Shown in pieces: positions 8,983-19,128 of a stretch of DNA of 64,000 nucleotides (the first letter of the stretch is position 1; every line of letters starts with the position of its first letter). Source of the DNA: Bacteroidaceae bacterium (GTDB lineage Bacteria; Bacteroidota; Bacteroidia; Bacteroidales; Bacteroidaceae); assembly GCA_045597585.1 (NCBI GenBank), contig JAZLKL010000181.1, positions 965-64,964 of the forward strand. Direction: 5' to 3'. Below the pieces are notes generated by a model that saw only the letters and a program-made list of their open reading frames with translations, was not told where the DNA came from and ran no database searches. Position numbers and translations under genes: made by a program.

Positions 8983-10833
8983 ATGTACGACATAAACGAA
9001 AGAGCAGAAAGAGTATTTGCTGCCATGCAAAGCCGTTGCAGCGAGAAGGACATGCTTCGCTTGCGCGAAGCCTTTGATCTGGCCAAGGAAGCCCACAGTA
9101 ACCAACAGCGCAAAAGTGGGGAACCCTACATCATCCACCCCATCGCGGTGGCACAGATTGCCTCGGAGGAGATGCGCCTGGATGCCAACTGTGTCATCAC
9201 GGCTTTTCTGCATGATGTAGTGGAGGACACCGACTACACGCTTGAGGACATACGACTGCGCTTCGGCGACGACGTGGCCTTCCTGGTAGATGTGGTCACC
9301 AAGAAGAAGAAAGACCACTATGACACCACCAAGCAGGTGGACAACTACCGACAGTTGCTGAACTCCCTGCACTTTGACATCCGTGCCCTGATGGTGAAAA
9401 TTGCCGACCGTCTGCACAACATGCGTACGCTGGGCAGCATGCGTGCCGACAAGCAGATGAAGATAGCGGGTGAGACGGATGCCTTCTATGCTCCACTGGC
9501 CAATCGACTGGGTTTGATTGACGTAAAGAGCGACTTGGAGAACCTCAGTTTCAAATACCGTTGCGAGCAGGAATACAATGACCTGGAGAAATGGATTGCC
9601 GAGGATGCCAAACATGACTCCGAGCGCTTGAAAGCCTTTACAAACCGCATAGAGTACGTGCTGCAGAATGTGGGCATCGAGGCCAAGGCAGAGGTATACT
9701 ATCGTCGTCCTTACTCGATATGGCGACGCATGAAACAGCAGAAGTCGGACTTCCACCATATAGAGAACCGATACTACATACGCATCACCTACACCAAGTG
9801 CCGCATGCCCCTGAGCGAGAAGAGTGTATGCGTAAAGATCTATTCCACACTGACCGACTACTTCAAGGAGAGGCCGGGCAGCTTCCAGAACCTCATCGAC
9901 CAAGCCAAGGAGAATTCGTACCGCTGCCTGCGACTGATGCTGCTAAGCCAGAGTGGTGTGTGGGAGGACATTCAGATATGTTCGCGTCGCATGGTGGAGA
10001 CAAGCAAGGTGGGTTGCATGGCAGAGATAGGCGACAACATAGGCGACTGGATAAAACGATTCAGGAACGTGCTGATGGACATCGCCAAGCAGGGCAACGA
10101 GGAGAACCTGCTGGAGGAAATATCCACCTCGCTATACTATGACGACGTGCTGGTGTTCACCCCCAACGGAAAGAGTGTGATACTGCCACAAGGGAGCACC
10201 GCCATTGACTTTGCCTTCAAACTGGGTGCCGACTACGGACTGCATGCCCGCTACGCGCACATCAACGGCAAGCTGTCGTCCATAAAGACTGAACTGAAAC
10301 GAGGTGACTGCGTGGAAATCACCTTCGACAACGACATACATCCCAAGGCCGACTGGCTGGAACATGTGTCAACATACGTGGCTAAGAATGAGATAAAGAA
10401 CTGGCTCAACAAACAGAAGAAGGCCTATGAACTATGTCCGGTGTGCCGTCCGTTGCCTGGAGGTGACCTCATTGCCATCAAGGGACAGGATGATGGTAAC
10501 ATCGTGATTCATCGACGCAGTTGCCAGCATGCCATTCTCATGGCATCGAAGTATGGCGACAACGTGCTGCCTGCCGAACTGCCCGAGGAGGAAAACACCG
10601 TCTATCCCGTGGTGTTCCGCATCACGGCCATCGACCGCTATCACCTGCTCGTAGATCTTATCGAGCACATCAGCAACAACCTAGGGTTGAACATAGAATC
10701 GCTGACCACAAACACCGTGGACGAACTGGTCAACTGCACCATCTGCTTCTATGTGCATTCGGTGGGAGAGATGATCAATGCCAAAAAACACATCTACCAA
10801 ATCAATGGTGTAGATGAGGTGAAGGTGATGTAA
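8983..10833 (+). CDS. RelA/SpoT-homologue (RSH) protein: intact HD hydrolase domain, divergent synthetase domain, TGS and ACT-like C-terminus
   Basis: HD motifs RKSGEPYIIHPIAVA and HDVVEDT, TGS-like VFTPNGKSVILPQGSTAIDFAF. The synthetase-region motifs are degenerate (see findings). Confidence 0.85.
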   Translation: MYDINERAERVFAAMQSRCSEKDMLRLREAFDLAKEAHSNQQRKSGEPYIIHPIAVAQIASEEMRLDANCVITAFLHDVVEDTDYTLEDIRLRFGDDVAFLVDVVTKKKKDHYDTTKQVDNYRQLLNSLHFDIRALMVKIADRLHNMRTLGSMRADKQMKIAGETDAFYAPLANRLGLIDVKSDLENLSFKYRCEQEYNDLEKWIAEDAKHDSERLKAFTNRIEYVLQNVGIEAKAEVYYRRPYSIWRRMKQQKSDFHHIENRYYIRITYTKCRMPLSEKSVCVKIYSTLTDYFKERPGSFQNLIDQAKENSYRCLRLMLLSQSGVWEDIQICSRRMVETSKVGCMAEIGDNIGDWIKRFRNVLMDIAKQGNEENLLEEISTSLYYDDVLVFTPNGKSVILPQGSTAIDFAFKLGADYGLHARYAHINGKLSSIKTELKRGDCVEITFDNDIHPKADWLEHVSTYVAKNEIKNWLNKQKKAYELCPVCRPLPGGDLIAIKGQDDGNIVIHRRSCQHAILMASKYGDNVLPAELPEEENTVYPVVFRITAIDRYHLLVDLIEHISNNLGLNIESLTTNTVDELVNCTICFYVHSVGEMINAKKHIYQINGVDEVKVM

Positions 10834-10839
10834 GGGGTA

Positions 10840-11634
10840 TCACTCCGGCTCCACCTCGGGTTCTATATTACGGATGTCATTGTAGGCATCGTCCATCATG
10901 GCATTGGTAAGTGTGAATGACTTGTTGCACTCACGCTTGGGGTCGTTGATGGAATGACTGAAAAGCCAATCGTAGGGGAGTGTCAGATAGAAGATACGAG
11001 CCAAACGGCCATGATCCACTCCCGGAAGACGGGAATAGATAAGACGAGAATCGTCGCCGGTAGCCTTGATGGCTTGCACCACTCGGTCGGAAGCATCCAC
11101 ACGAACAGCCTTGTCGGCTGTGCCATGCACAATCCATAAGGGCAACTTGCGAAGTCCACTAAGGTCCTTGGCTGTGGCACCACCACACATAGCCATAGCA
11201 GCGGCAATCTGGTCTGGATAGCGAGCAGCCAGGTCGAGGGTGCCATATCCACCCAAACTCATGCCATAGACATAGATGCGTGTGGCGTCAACCGCATAAT
11301 TCTTCTTGGCCCATTCCACAATCTTCCATATCTTCTCAGGGTTCCACGGACCTTTAGGGTTCTGGGGAGCTACAATATAACTATCTATAATTCTACCCTT
11401 TGCCACAGCATTGATAGGACCGTATTTCTTGACCTTGTCGAGGTTGGTGCCACACAAACTTTGTCCATGCAAGAAGATCAGCAGGGGGAAGTGTGCGTTG
11501 GGGTCAACAGTCGTCTGAGGGTCGTAGAACCAAAAGTTATAGCTGTCGGGTACTTTACCACGATGGGCCACAAAATCTTGTGCCTTGGCACAAAGGCCAC
11601 AGAGCAGGAAAGCAAATATCAATACCTGTTTCAT
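10840..11634 (-). CDS. Secreted alpha/beta-hydrolase (carboxylesterase / S9-like serine hydrolase)
   Basis: Signal peptide, GxSxG nucleophile elbow GMSLGGYG, and later VHGTADKAV and VDH consistent with a Ser-Asp-His triad. Confidence 0.75.
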   Translation of the reverse strand: MKQVLIFAFLLCGLCAKAQDFVAHRGKVPDSYNFWFYDPQTTVDPNAHFPLLIFLHGQSLCGTNLDKVKKYGPINAVAKGRIIDSYIVAPQNPKGPWNPEKIWKIVEWAKKNYAVDATRIYVYGMSLGGYGTLDLAARYPDQIAAAMAMCGGATAKDLSGLRKLPLWIVHGTADKAVRVDASDRVVQAIKATGDDSRLIYSRLPGVDHGRLARIFYLTLPYDWLFSHSINDPKRECNKSFTLTNAMMDDAYNDIRNIEPEVEPE

Positions 11635-11652
11635 AGCAGTTCTATTTAAGTA

Positions 11653-12858
11653 TTAGAATCTTACATAAGCCTGTGCCCACAACTGGTTGTAATGGCGCTC
11701 GGGCGCAGTAGCTGTCTTGTCGTCGTGATAGTTGTACTGCAACTGAAGCATCAGGTTGTTGTGGGGCTGCAGATTGCAACTGATGCTGTAGATGCTATGC
11801 AGGGTAGAGTTGGTGCCATAGTCGCGATAGGCATCGTACTTGGCATAGCACTTGATCCAGCGCCAAACGGGAACACCTATGGTGACGTACCAGGCATCGG
11901 CCTTGTCGCCACCATTCTGACTGAGGCTCTTTGCCGTCCAGGTGCCGTTGGCACTATCCCAGTCGCTGGCCTTGTGACCCTTTGAACGGGCATACTCGGC
12001 ACGGGCACTCCAACCACTCTTGTCGTCCTCATACTTCACACCGAAGGCATAACGCTTGCGATCCACACTAATCTTCTTGTCGGCGCTATACCAGGAACCG
12101 TTCCAACCGAATGCACCCAGCGAGAGGCTCTTGATGGGTGACCACTGGATAGTGCCCATGAAATCCTTACTGTTGTTCAGGTCTTTGTTATTGATACCCT
12201 GTCCGTTATAAACCGCTGCTTGATAGTGGAATTGGTAATGCCCGTCGCTCTTGGCCTTGAAGAGGTCGCCCTGCAACTGCACACCGAGGTCGCGACCGCC
12301 CGTGGAGGTCTCGCCACAACGGTCACCCATGCCCGAGAGCTTTTTGACAAGCTGTGAATAGTCGCCCACCCCCACATTCCAGGGATTGTAAGGATTTTCG
12401 TAGCTGAAGGCACGCTTGAACTGTCCCACCTTGACCTGGAAACCCTTGTAGTGAACCCACTCAAGCGTAGCGTCCTTGACGTGAGGCGAACCGTTCACCT
12501 CCAACTGAAGGCGGTACTTGAAATCCTTGAACACCACGCCATCCACATACAGACGCACGTAGCGGATGCCAAAACCATCGCCATGCGAGGTGTGGTTGGA
12601 ATCGTCGTACTTGTAGGAACCCACAATGTAGCCACCAAACTTGGGAGTTGTCACGGCAGCATCGCGCTTCCACTCCTTTTGCGCAGGCATGACGCTCTGC
12701 AGAAGGGTCCAGTAATTGGAATTGAGAAATGCCTCGTCGTTACAAACACTCTCGCTGACAGGCTGTTCTGCCATAGCATTCTGTTCTGTATCTTTAAGTG
12801 TCTCTGCGTGCGATGAGAGGCAAAGCATCATGGCGCAGATAGTTGAAAATGTCTTCAT
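11653..12858 (-). CDS. Outer-membrane porin (phosphate-selective porin O/P-like beta-barrel)
   Basis: Signal peptide, alternating beta-strand pattern, and a C-terminal aromatic residue (...AQAYVRF). Confidence 0.7.
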   Translation of the reverse strand: MKTFSTICAMMLCLSSHAETLKDTEQNAMAEQPVSESVCNDEAFLNSNYWTLLQSVMPAQKEWKRDAAVTTPKFGGYIVGSYKYDDSNHTSHGDGFGIRYVRLYVDGVVFKDFKYRLQLEVNGSPHVKDATLEWVHYKGFQVKVGQFKRAFSYENPYNPWNVGVGDYSQLVKKLSGMGDRCGETSTGGRDLGVQLQGDLFKAKSDGHYQFHYQAAVYNGQGINNKDLNNSKDFMGTIQWSPIKSLSLGAFGWNGSWYSADKKISVDRKRYAFGVKYEDDKSGWSARAEYARSKGHKASDWDSANGTWTAKSLSQNGGDKADAWYVTIGVPVWRWIKCYAKYDAYRDYGTNSTLHSIYSISCNLQPHNNLMLQLQYNYHDDKTATAPERHYNQLWAQAYVRF

Positions 12859-12889
12859 TCTATTTGTGTGTTTATTAAGATATGTGGTA

Positions 12890-12897
12890 CAAAGTTA
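12890..12897 (-). promoter_or_regulatory. -7 promoter box (TAACTTTG on the minus strand) for the porin gene
   Basis: CAAAGTTA on the plus strand, about 32 nt upstream of the ATG at 12858. Confidence 0.5.
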
Positions 12898-12980
12898 CAC
12901 TTTTTTGTCCAAATATCAAAATTTGAATCATAAAGATGTAAAAAATGATGATAATTGAAGATAATAATTAAAAAAAGGTG

Positions 12981-12988
12981 TAACTTTG
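12981..12988 (+). promoter_or_regulatory. -7 promoter box (TAACTTTG)
   Basis: Lies 28 nt upstream of the ATG at 13016. It mirrors the divergent porin promoter. Confidence 0.5.
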
Positions 12989-13015
12989 TGACACTAAACT
13001 AATATCCGATTTATT

Positions 13016-13522
13016 ATGAAAAAAGGACTAATCATGATGATGTTTGCCCTCACATGGCTGTCGGAACCCTTGTGTGCGCAAAACACCCAGGCACAGGGCA
13101 CTGAAGAAAAGACCAGCGAGACATCTGTGGGACACATGAAGTTTGATGGTTTTGAGTTGGGAACCGACATTGACTCATTCACGCAACAGCTGAAGGAGAA
13201 ATACGAACTCAAGAGAAAGATGGGTGGAGACAAATACTTCATCTTCTATGGCTTTGTGCTGGGGCATGACACCTACTTTCAGGTGCATTACTCCAAGAAA
13301 TCGAAGACCGTGTATAAAGTGCAGGTGATGCCCAAGAATGCAAAGGACGATTTAATACTGGAGCTGCTGACTGCCCAATATGGAGAACCCACACTCACCA
13401 CGCAGGGAGAACTATGGAAAATGCCTGAGGGACTGGTGCTGATGCACACGGTGGACAACTCCGATCCTGCCATCATCTACCTGGACAGCAAGGCCAATGA
13501 GGTTTTTGTGAAGGAGAAATAG
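13016..13522 (+). CDS. Small secreted hypothetical protein
   Basis: Signal peptide MKKGLIMMMFALTWLSEPLCAQ. It shares the motif F-x-G-x-x-L-x-T-x-[IV]-x-x-F-x-x-QL-x-[ED]-K with the ORF at 18071-18709. Confidence 0.6.
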   Translation: MKKGLIMMMFALTWLSEPLCAQNTQAQGTEEKTSETSVGHMKFDGFELGTDIDSFTQQLKEKYELKRKMGGDKYFIFYGFVLGHDTYFQVHYSKKSKTVYKVQVMPKNAKDDLILELLTAQYGEPTLTTQGELWKMPEGLVLMHTVDNSDPAIIYLDSKANEVFVKEK

Positions 13523-13556
13523 TGTTTTAAAGATAATTTCACAAAACTATAATAAA

Positions 13557-14252
13557 ATGAAGAACATCAAGTATTTATTGCTTCTGGCCATCATGCTGAT
13601 GCCCGGTGTGGCACAGGGAGCGGTCAAGGACAGTTTGCGTGTGACCATCTTCGGTGACAGCTACTCCACCTTTGAGGGTTACCTGACCCCCGACACCAAT
13701 GAGGTGTGGTACTTTGCCAAGGGAAGAAAGGACAACGACGTAAAGAAAGTGGAACAGACCTGGTGGTGGCAGGTAAAGGAGAGAATGGGCTGGAAAGTGG
13801 ACCGTGTGAATGCCTATAGCGGCAGTACGGTGTGCTGCACCGGCTACGGCAAGGCAGACTATACCCCACGTGCCTTTATCACCCGTATGCCCAACCTCGG
13901 CGAGCCCGACATCATTCTGGTTTGCGCAGCTACCAACGACAGCTGGGCAGGGGCTCCCATCGGCGAGTATAAGTATGGAGAATGGACGAAGGAGGAACTT
14001 TTCAGCTTCCGTCCTGCCATGGCAAAGATGTGCTGGGGATTGCGCAGCCAATATCCCAAGGCCAAGGTGCTGTTCATGCTCAATTCAGAACTGAAGGAGT
14101 CGATCAATGAGAGTGTACGCGTCATCTGCAAGCACTATGACATCGATTTGCTTGAACTACAGAACGTGGACAAGCAAGCAGGACACCCCTCGGTAGCGGG
14201 TATGAAATCGATTGCCGACCAGGTTGTCAACTTCTTCAAGAAGAAGAAATAG
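13557..14252 (+). CDS. SGNH/GDSL-family hydrolase (esterase/acylhydrolase)
   Basis: Signal peptide, block I motif VTIFGDSYS, and later NDSW and GHP blocks. Confidence 0.8.
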   Translation: MKNIKYLLLLAIMLMPGVAQGAVKDSLRVTIFGDSYSTFEGYLTPDTNEVWYFAKGRKDNDVKKVEQTWWWQVKERMGWKVDRVNAYSGSTVCCTGYGKADYTPRAFITRMPNLGEPDIILVCAATNDSWAGAPIGEYKYGEWTKEELFSFRPAMAKMCWGLRSQYPKAKVLFMLNSELKESINESVRVICKHYDIDLLELQNVDKQAGHPSVAGMKSIADQVVNFFKKKK

Positions 14253-14267
14253 CACAAACGCGCCTGT

Positions 14268-14993
14268 TCAAAGCAGGCAGATGACTCCGCTGACAGCCAT
14301 ATAGAGGTAGATGATGATGCGGAGCACATGTAGAGAGAGATAGCGGAACGTCCATGCACCCAGCAGGGTTCCGAGTAATACGCCGGTAATACCCACACAC
14401 CACGCATATCCCACGGCGGGAGTAAGAAAACCATAGTAGGCACGGTAGCCGGTCATCATGACATTGCCAAGGAGGAAATACGTCTGCGCAAGCACCATGT
14501 ATTCCTCCTTGCTTTTTGTGGTCTCTACAAAGTACAGCACGGCAGGAGGTCCCTGCATGCCAAACAATCCACCCATCACGCCCGAGAGCGTACCCAGTAG
14601 CGTCTGCGCAAGGAGGGTGGGCTTGAGACGCACACGCTGGGCAAAGAAGAGAAACCATACACTCGACAGGATGAGGATGATGCCCAGGAAGGTCTTGAGC
14701 AAGCCATCGCCCGCAGAACTGACGAACTGGATGGCCACGAACGACACCATAAGGAAGACTGAGAGTATGCACAACAACTTACGCCATACGAGATACTTGT
14801 AATGCCTGCACACGATGACCAGCGACGTGACACTGGCCAGGATACCGGAGAGGGTGGTGGCCTCGCCGTAGGAGGGCATAAGGTAGGGTAGGGCCGTCAT
14901 GATGAAAATGCCGAAGCCAAAGCCCGAGACACGTTGTACGAACGCGGCTCCGATGCACATCACCCACAGCAATGCCATCTGAGAGAGTTCCAT
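14268..14993 (-). CDS. TauE/SafE (TSUP) family anion exporter membrane protein
   Basis: About 8 predicted TM helices with Gly-rich repeats typical of TSUP. It overlaps the upstream gene by 1 nt. Confidence 0.75.
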   Translation of the reverse strand: MELSQMALLWVMCIGAAFVQRVSGFGFGIFIMTALPYLMPSYGEATTLSGILASVTSLVIVCRHYKYLVWRKLLCILSVFLMVSFVAIQFVSSAGDGLLKTFLGIILILSSVWFLFFAQRVRLKPTLLAQTLLGTLSGVMGGLFGMQGPPAVLYFVETTKSKEEYMVLAQTYFLLGNVMMTGYRAYYGFLTPAVGYAWCVGITGVLLGTLLGAWTFRYLSLHVLRIIIYLYMAVSGVICLL

Positions 14994-16354
14994 TACTTCT
15001 TCCTACCTTCCTTAGCGCCTGGAGTCTGGAATATCACGTTGATGTGGGTCTCACCCATGCGTTGACGCATCCAATCGGTAAGGCGCTCACGCTCCTTGTC
15101 GTCCACCTTGGCATTGACCTTGACGAAGGCTATGACCTCATCATAGAGACTGTCGCTTAAAGCGGTGGTTCCACGAGCCAGGGTAACAGACTCAAGTTCA
15201 GGAACAAGCACCTTCATCTCGCTCATCACCTGAGGCGTCATCTCTGCCAGGCCAGTGTATTGGTGCAGCTTGCCTTCGAGGTCGGCCACATGCTGCTGCT
15301 GCTGGGCGATGATGGCCTCGGTCTTATGCTTCTCGTCAGAGTTGTTGTTCAGAATCTCACGCAGGTTGTTGGTCTCCGTGGTATAGTTACCCTGAATAAC
15401 GTGCATCTCGACATCTGCCAGGTCATAGATCTTCAATCGGCTTTCCACTGCCTTCAACGAGGCAGAATCCACTTCGCTACCAATCAGCACCACGTCGAAT
15501 GTCTTCTTCTTGAAGTCCTCGGTGTGCGAGATGACGTGCGCCATCGGGAAATTCATCTCGTTCTTTACGAACTTGCCTACCCTCAGCTTGAAGTTATTCT
15601 CTGCCACCATGCCAATTGTGAGCAGTACGGCAGGGATGATGGTAAGGATGACGAGGGTGACAATGGTGCGCTTTACGCGTTTCTCCTTAGAAGCATCGAG
15701 AAAAGTCTTCTTCTTGAACTTCATGATGAAGACGCTGCCCAGCAGGGTGGCAAGGGCAATGAAGATGGTGTTGATGATAAAGAGGAAGAGGGCTCCCAGA
15801 GCATAGTTCCAGTTCATGGTGGCCAGACCGAAGCCCACCGTACACAAAGGAGGCATCAGGGCCGTGGCAATAGCCACACCGGGAATGACGTTACCCGTAC
15901 GCTGACTGCGACTGCCCAAGGCGATGATACCCGCCAATCCACCACACAGGGCGATGAGCACGTCATAGATGGTGGGTGAGGTACGGGCCAGCAACTCGCT
16001 TTGTGCCTGGCTGACTGGGGTTATCAGGAAATAGAAGGTGGCTGTAAGCACGCTGAACAACGTGGCGATGATGTAGTTGCGCCAACTGCGACGCAGCAGG
16101 TCAAAGTCATAGATTCCAGCCGCCAGACCCATGCCGATGATAGGACCCATCAAGGGGGATATCAACATGGCACCAATGATGACCGCAGCCGAATTGGTGT
16201 TCAAGCCTAAGGATGCCACAAACACGGCAATGACGAGAATCCACAGTTTAGGGCCACGGAAATTCACGCCTTGCACAATTCCTTCAATAACCTCTGCCTC
16301 TTGGGTAGAATCGTCTGCAATGCCAAATAGTCTATTCAGGTCGTTCTTATTCAT
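14993..16354 (-). CDS. DUF389-type membrane protein with a C-terminal soluble domain
   Basis: The N-terminal half has multiple TM helices (LMISPLMGPI, ALMPPLC motifs). The C-terminal half is charged and soluble. Confidence 0.7.
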   Translation of the reverse strand: MNKNDLNRLFGIADDSTQEAEVIEGIVQGVNFRGPKLWILVIAVFVASLGLNTNSAAVIIGAMLISPLMGPIIGMGLAAGIYDFDLLRRSWRNYIIATLFSVLTATFYFLITPVSQAQSELLARTSPTIYDVLIALCGGLAGIIALGSRSQRTGNVIPGVAIATALMPPLCTVGFGLATMNWNYALGALFLFIINTIFIALATLLGSVFIMKFKKKTFLDASKEKRVKRTIVTLVILTIIPAVLLTIGMVAENNFKLRVGKFVKNEMNFPMAHVISHTEDFKKKTFDVVLIGSEVDSASLKAVESRLKIYDLADVEMHVIQGNYTTETNNLREILNNNSDEKHKTEAIIAQQQQHVADLEGKLHQYTGLAEMTPQVMSEMKVLVPELESVTLARGTTALSDSLYDEVIAFVKVNAKVDDKERERLTDWMRQRMGETHINVIFQTPGAKEGRKK

Positions 16355-16396
16355 CTCAATTATGTTTTATCTGTTAAATCATTAAAAATAAACACT

Positions 16397-17938
16397 CTAC
16401 TCTACACAATAAGTATTGAAAGAGTGTGGTTGTGTGCTGACGGCAAGGTATTTCTTGCCAATCCTGACAGAGAGTTCAGCCGCAGAGTCGGTGAAGTTTC
16501 CGGCAGTCACGATGTATTTTCCATTCTTGCCTCTAAACACCACCACAGGCGTTTTCTCGTAGTCACGACCCGCGTAAGCCACCATCTCGGCACCCGGCTG
16601 GATGAAATGGCTGAAATGCTTGTAGGCAAAATACTCGGCCGTGTAGCGAGGCTGACGTGTCTTGGAATCCACCTGCACAAGGGCATTCTGCGTCCAACCC
16701 CATGTGGACATGCCGTTGTCCGTGAGAATGAAATTCCAGTTGTAATACTCATCACAGCCATTGCCAAGGTTATCGGACAACAGGAAGAAAGTATGCTCAC
16801 CGGCTTTCCAGTCCATACTGCCATCACCGCACTCGCTCTCGCTCATCATAAAGCGAAGGTTAGGGTAGCGCTTACGCATCTCGGGCAGGTTGTTACGACA
16901 CTCCCACTGGGTGCCTACACCCTTTACGTTCTGCTGCAACGTCTTGTCGTCCAATATCTTTTCCACATAGTCAAGACGATTGGTGTTAAAGGTTCCTATC
17001 CAAAGCTCCACCTCGGGGTGCTTACGGCTGAGGGTAGGGGCGAGGTACTCGTTGTTGAAGCGCAGGGTACCTTCGGCGGTCCAGGCACATCCGGGGTAGG
17101 GAGTATATGAATAGGCCTCGTTCTGATACATCACCTTGGTGATAGGCAATCCCTGTTCCTTGTACAGTTCGATAAAACGGCAGAACATATCGGCATAACT
17201 CTGCAGATACCTTGGCTCCTGTATGAAATAGTCCTGCAAGGCCAACCGACGTGGAAACACATCATTACGGTCGCCCAGAAGCTTCATCTCGTCGGGGTCC
17301 AACTGACTGTTCTCCAAGCCAACCTTGCCCATATCCTCGGGTTTTGTATAAAGCAGATAGTCCTTGCGAGGATCTTGCTGGTTGTATTTGTTGGACAATA
17401 CACAATACTCGTTATTGATCTTCATCCAGGCAGGAGGGCTCCACGGACTCATAAACAGCTGCAGCTGGGGACAATAATGCTGAGCAGCCTTGGCCAGGGG
17501 GATAATATTCCGCTTGTCGTGCTCTATATTGAAGTATCTGAGGCCAAAATCACCATTAACCTCGCTGCAGCTATACCATGCCCTGGCATAGTCATTCGCA
17601 TTCATGCTGATACGTCCATGCGTGAAGTGCAGGTCACCATCAGGGGCAAAAATATTATGCATCAGTTTATCCTGCTCCTTACGGGTAAGCAGGTTGAATG
17701 CATCCCAATCCAGTTCGTTGAAGGTAGTGCCCCAGGCACGGAAGGGAATGCCCTTCTCGCTACCTGTAAGTTCGATGACCGTCTTGCCTGCGCTCTTGGC
17801 AGACAATGAGGTAGTGGACTTTATCCATGTGGCATTCTCCGTAGTGGTGTAGATGCTGACTTTCTGAGCCGAAAGGGTAGAGGAAGCCAAAGCAAACATG
17901 CCTAATGCCACATGACGTCTTAGTGGAAATCTTTTCAT
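16397..17938 (-). CDS. Glycoside hydrolase family 30 (glucosylceramidase / beta-1,6-glucanase / xylanase-like)
   Basis: Signal peptide, FMSPWSPPAWMK, YQNEA (acid/base-type Glu) and MMSESECG (nucleophile-type Glu). Confidence 0.85.
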   Translation of the reverse strand: MKRFPLRRHVALGMFALASSTLSAQKVSIYTTTENATWIKSTTSLSAKSAGKTVIELTGSEKGIPFRAWGTTFNELDWDAFNLLTRKEQDKLMHNIFAPDGDLHFTHGRISMNANDYARAWYSCSEVNGDFGLRYFNIEHDKRNIIPLAKAAQHYCPQLQLFMSPWSPPAWMKINNEYCVLSNKYNQQDPRKDYLLYTKPEDMGKVGLENSQLDPDEMKLLGDRNDVFPRRLALQDYFIQEPRYLQSYADMFCRFIELYKEQGLPITKVMYQNEAYSYTPYPGCAWTAEGTLRFNNEYLAPTLSRKHPEVELWIGTFNTNRLDYVEKILDDKTLQQNVKGVGTQWECRNNLPEMRKRYPNLRFMMSESECGDGSMDWKAGEHTFFLLSDNLGNGCDEYYNWNFILTDNGMSTWGWTQNALVQVDSKTRQPRYTAEYFAYKHFSHFIQPGAEMVAYAGRDYEKTPVVVFRGKNGKYIVTAGNFTDSAAELSVRIGKKYLAVSTQPHSFNTYCVE

Positions 17939-18070
17939 AGATACGCTTTACGTTAACAAATTCTGTGCAAATTTAACGAAAACTTTTTCATCGTGCAAGT
18001 GAAAGCGCCAAAAAAGCCCCCGACATAGTAAAAACCATGCCAGGGGTTATATAAAAATACATTATATCAG

Positions 18071-18709
18071 TTAGTTATTCAATTTTGCCTTTCTGTTGAT
18101 CTCTATGTTGGAGTTTTTCAAGTCCATAATAGTGACCTTAATCTCGATGTTATGCGGAGTGTCATGACGATAGACGTCAATCAAACCGAAGAAGGGCGCA
18201 TTGGGTGTGTTCTTGTCTGCAATATAGATCTTTGGGAAGTGTAAGTCGCCAGTATCGTCGTTCTTCTCCAACTGTGCATTCTCCAAAGAGTAGGGCATAC
18301 CATTCTCTGTGAAGCAGGCATACTCCTGAAGGGCCTTTACCATGAAGATGAGGTGAAGGCGTCGGGCAGACATCTCCAGTTCGTCTTTATCCTGCTTGTT
18401 CTTGCAGAAATGAATAGCCGATGCCATCAGATTGACTGCACTTACTTTCTGAGTTTCATCATTACCAATCACTCTGATCATGGCAGGAACGTCCCACACC
18501 ATTCCAAAGAGATTCTTGATATTATTAGAGTTGGCATCATGGAACGGATTATTGTACCCTTTGTCAACCAGCTGCTTATGAAATTCGCTTACTGATGTAT
18601 CTAACGATACTCCTTGAAATGTCACATGTTCGGTTTGTGCAGAAATATTGCCAGAACAAGCCATCACTAACCACAAACCTAATACTTTTAAGATATTGAT
18701 GTTTTTCAT
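18071..18709 (-). CDS. Small secreted hypothetical protein (A+T-rich)
   Basis: Signal peptide/lipobox-like LVMACSG. No catalytic motif recognised. Confidence 0.6.
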   Translation of the reverse strand: MKNINILKVLGLWLVMACSGNISAQTEHVTFQGVSLDTSVSEFHKQLVDKGYNNPFHDANSNNIKNLFGMVWDVPAMIRVIGNDETQKVSAVNLMASAIHFCKNKQDKDELEMSARRLHLIFMVKALQEYACFTENGMPYSLENAQLEKNDDTGDLHFPKIYIADKNTPNAPFFGLIDVYRHDTPHNIEIKVTIMDLKNSNIEINRKAKLNN

Positions 18710-18995
18710 AACGGTAGAATTTGGTTAATAATTATTGATACGCAAATATACTCATAAATCATTTACATTATTCATGATTATGTAAAATATTGAACAAATT
18801 TGTCGTATTTGCCATATCGATATTACGAAATAAAGGTATTTCATAAAATCACAATGCCACAATGCATAATTGATCTCGTCGAGCCCTTTGGCCTTCACAA
18901 TTCACAATGTATAAGTTCACAGTTTACAGTGTATAGTTTCGTAGTGTATAATTATTATTTAATATGAAAATATTTGCAATACGACTAAAATTTTT

Positions 18996-19003
18996 GTATC
19001 TTT
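18996..19003 (+). promoter_or_regulatory. Orphan promoter-like box TATCTTTG with TTTG 20 nt upstream
   Basis: -7 box at 18996-19003 and -33-like TTTG at 18972-18975. No plus-strand ORF of 60 aa or more follows for about 470 nt. Confidence 0.4.
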
Positions 19004-19078
19004 GCAGTCGGGAAAACAAATCCGTTTTCCTGCGTTTTTCCTCCTATCTGCCTTCTATCAGCACCCTAACTGTGCACA

Positions 19079-19128
19079 ATTGGCTTACGTGTGGCTTACG
19101 TAAAAAACACGTAAGCCAGACGTAAGCA
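19079..19128. repeat. Strong hairpin built from duplicated GGCTTACGT words
   Basis: TTGGCTTACGTGTGGCTTACGT - AAAAAAC - ACGTAAGCCAGACGTAAGCAA: about 20 bp of stem with one bulge and one mismatch. It contains the TTACGTAA palindrome. Confidence 0.8.
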
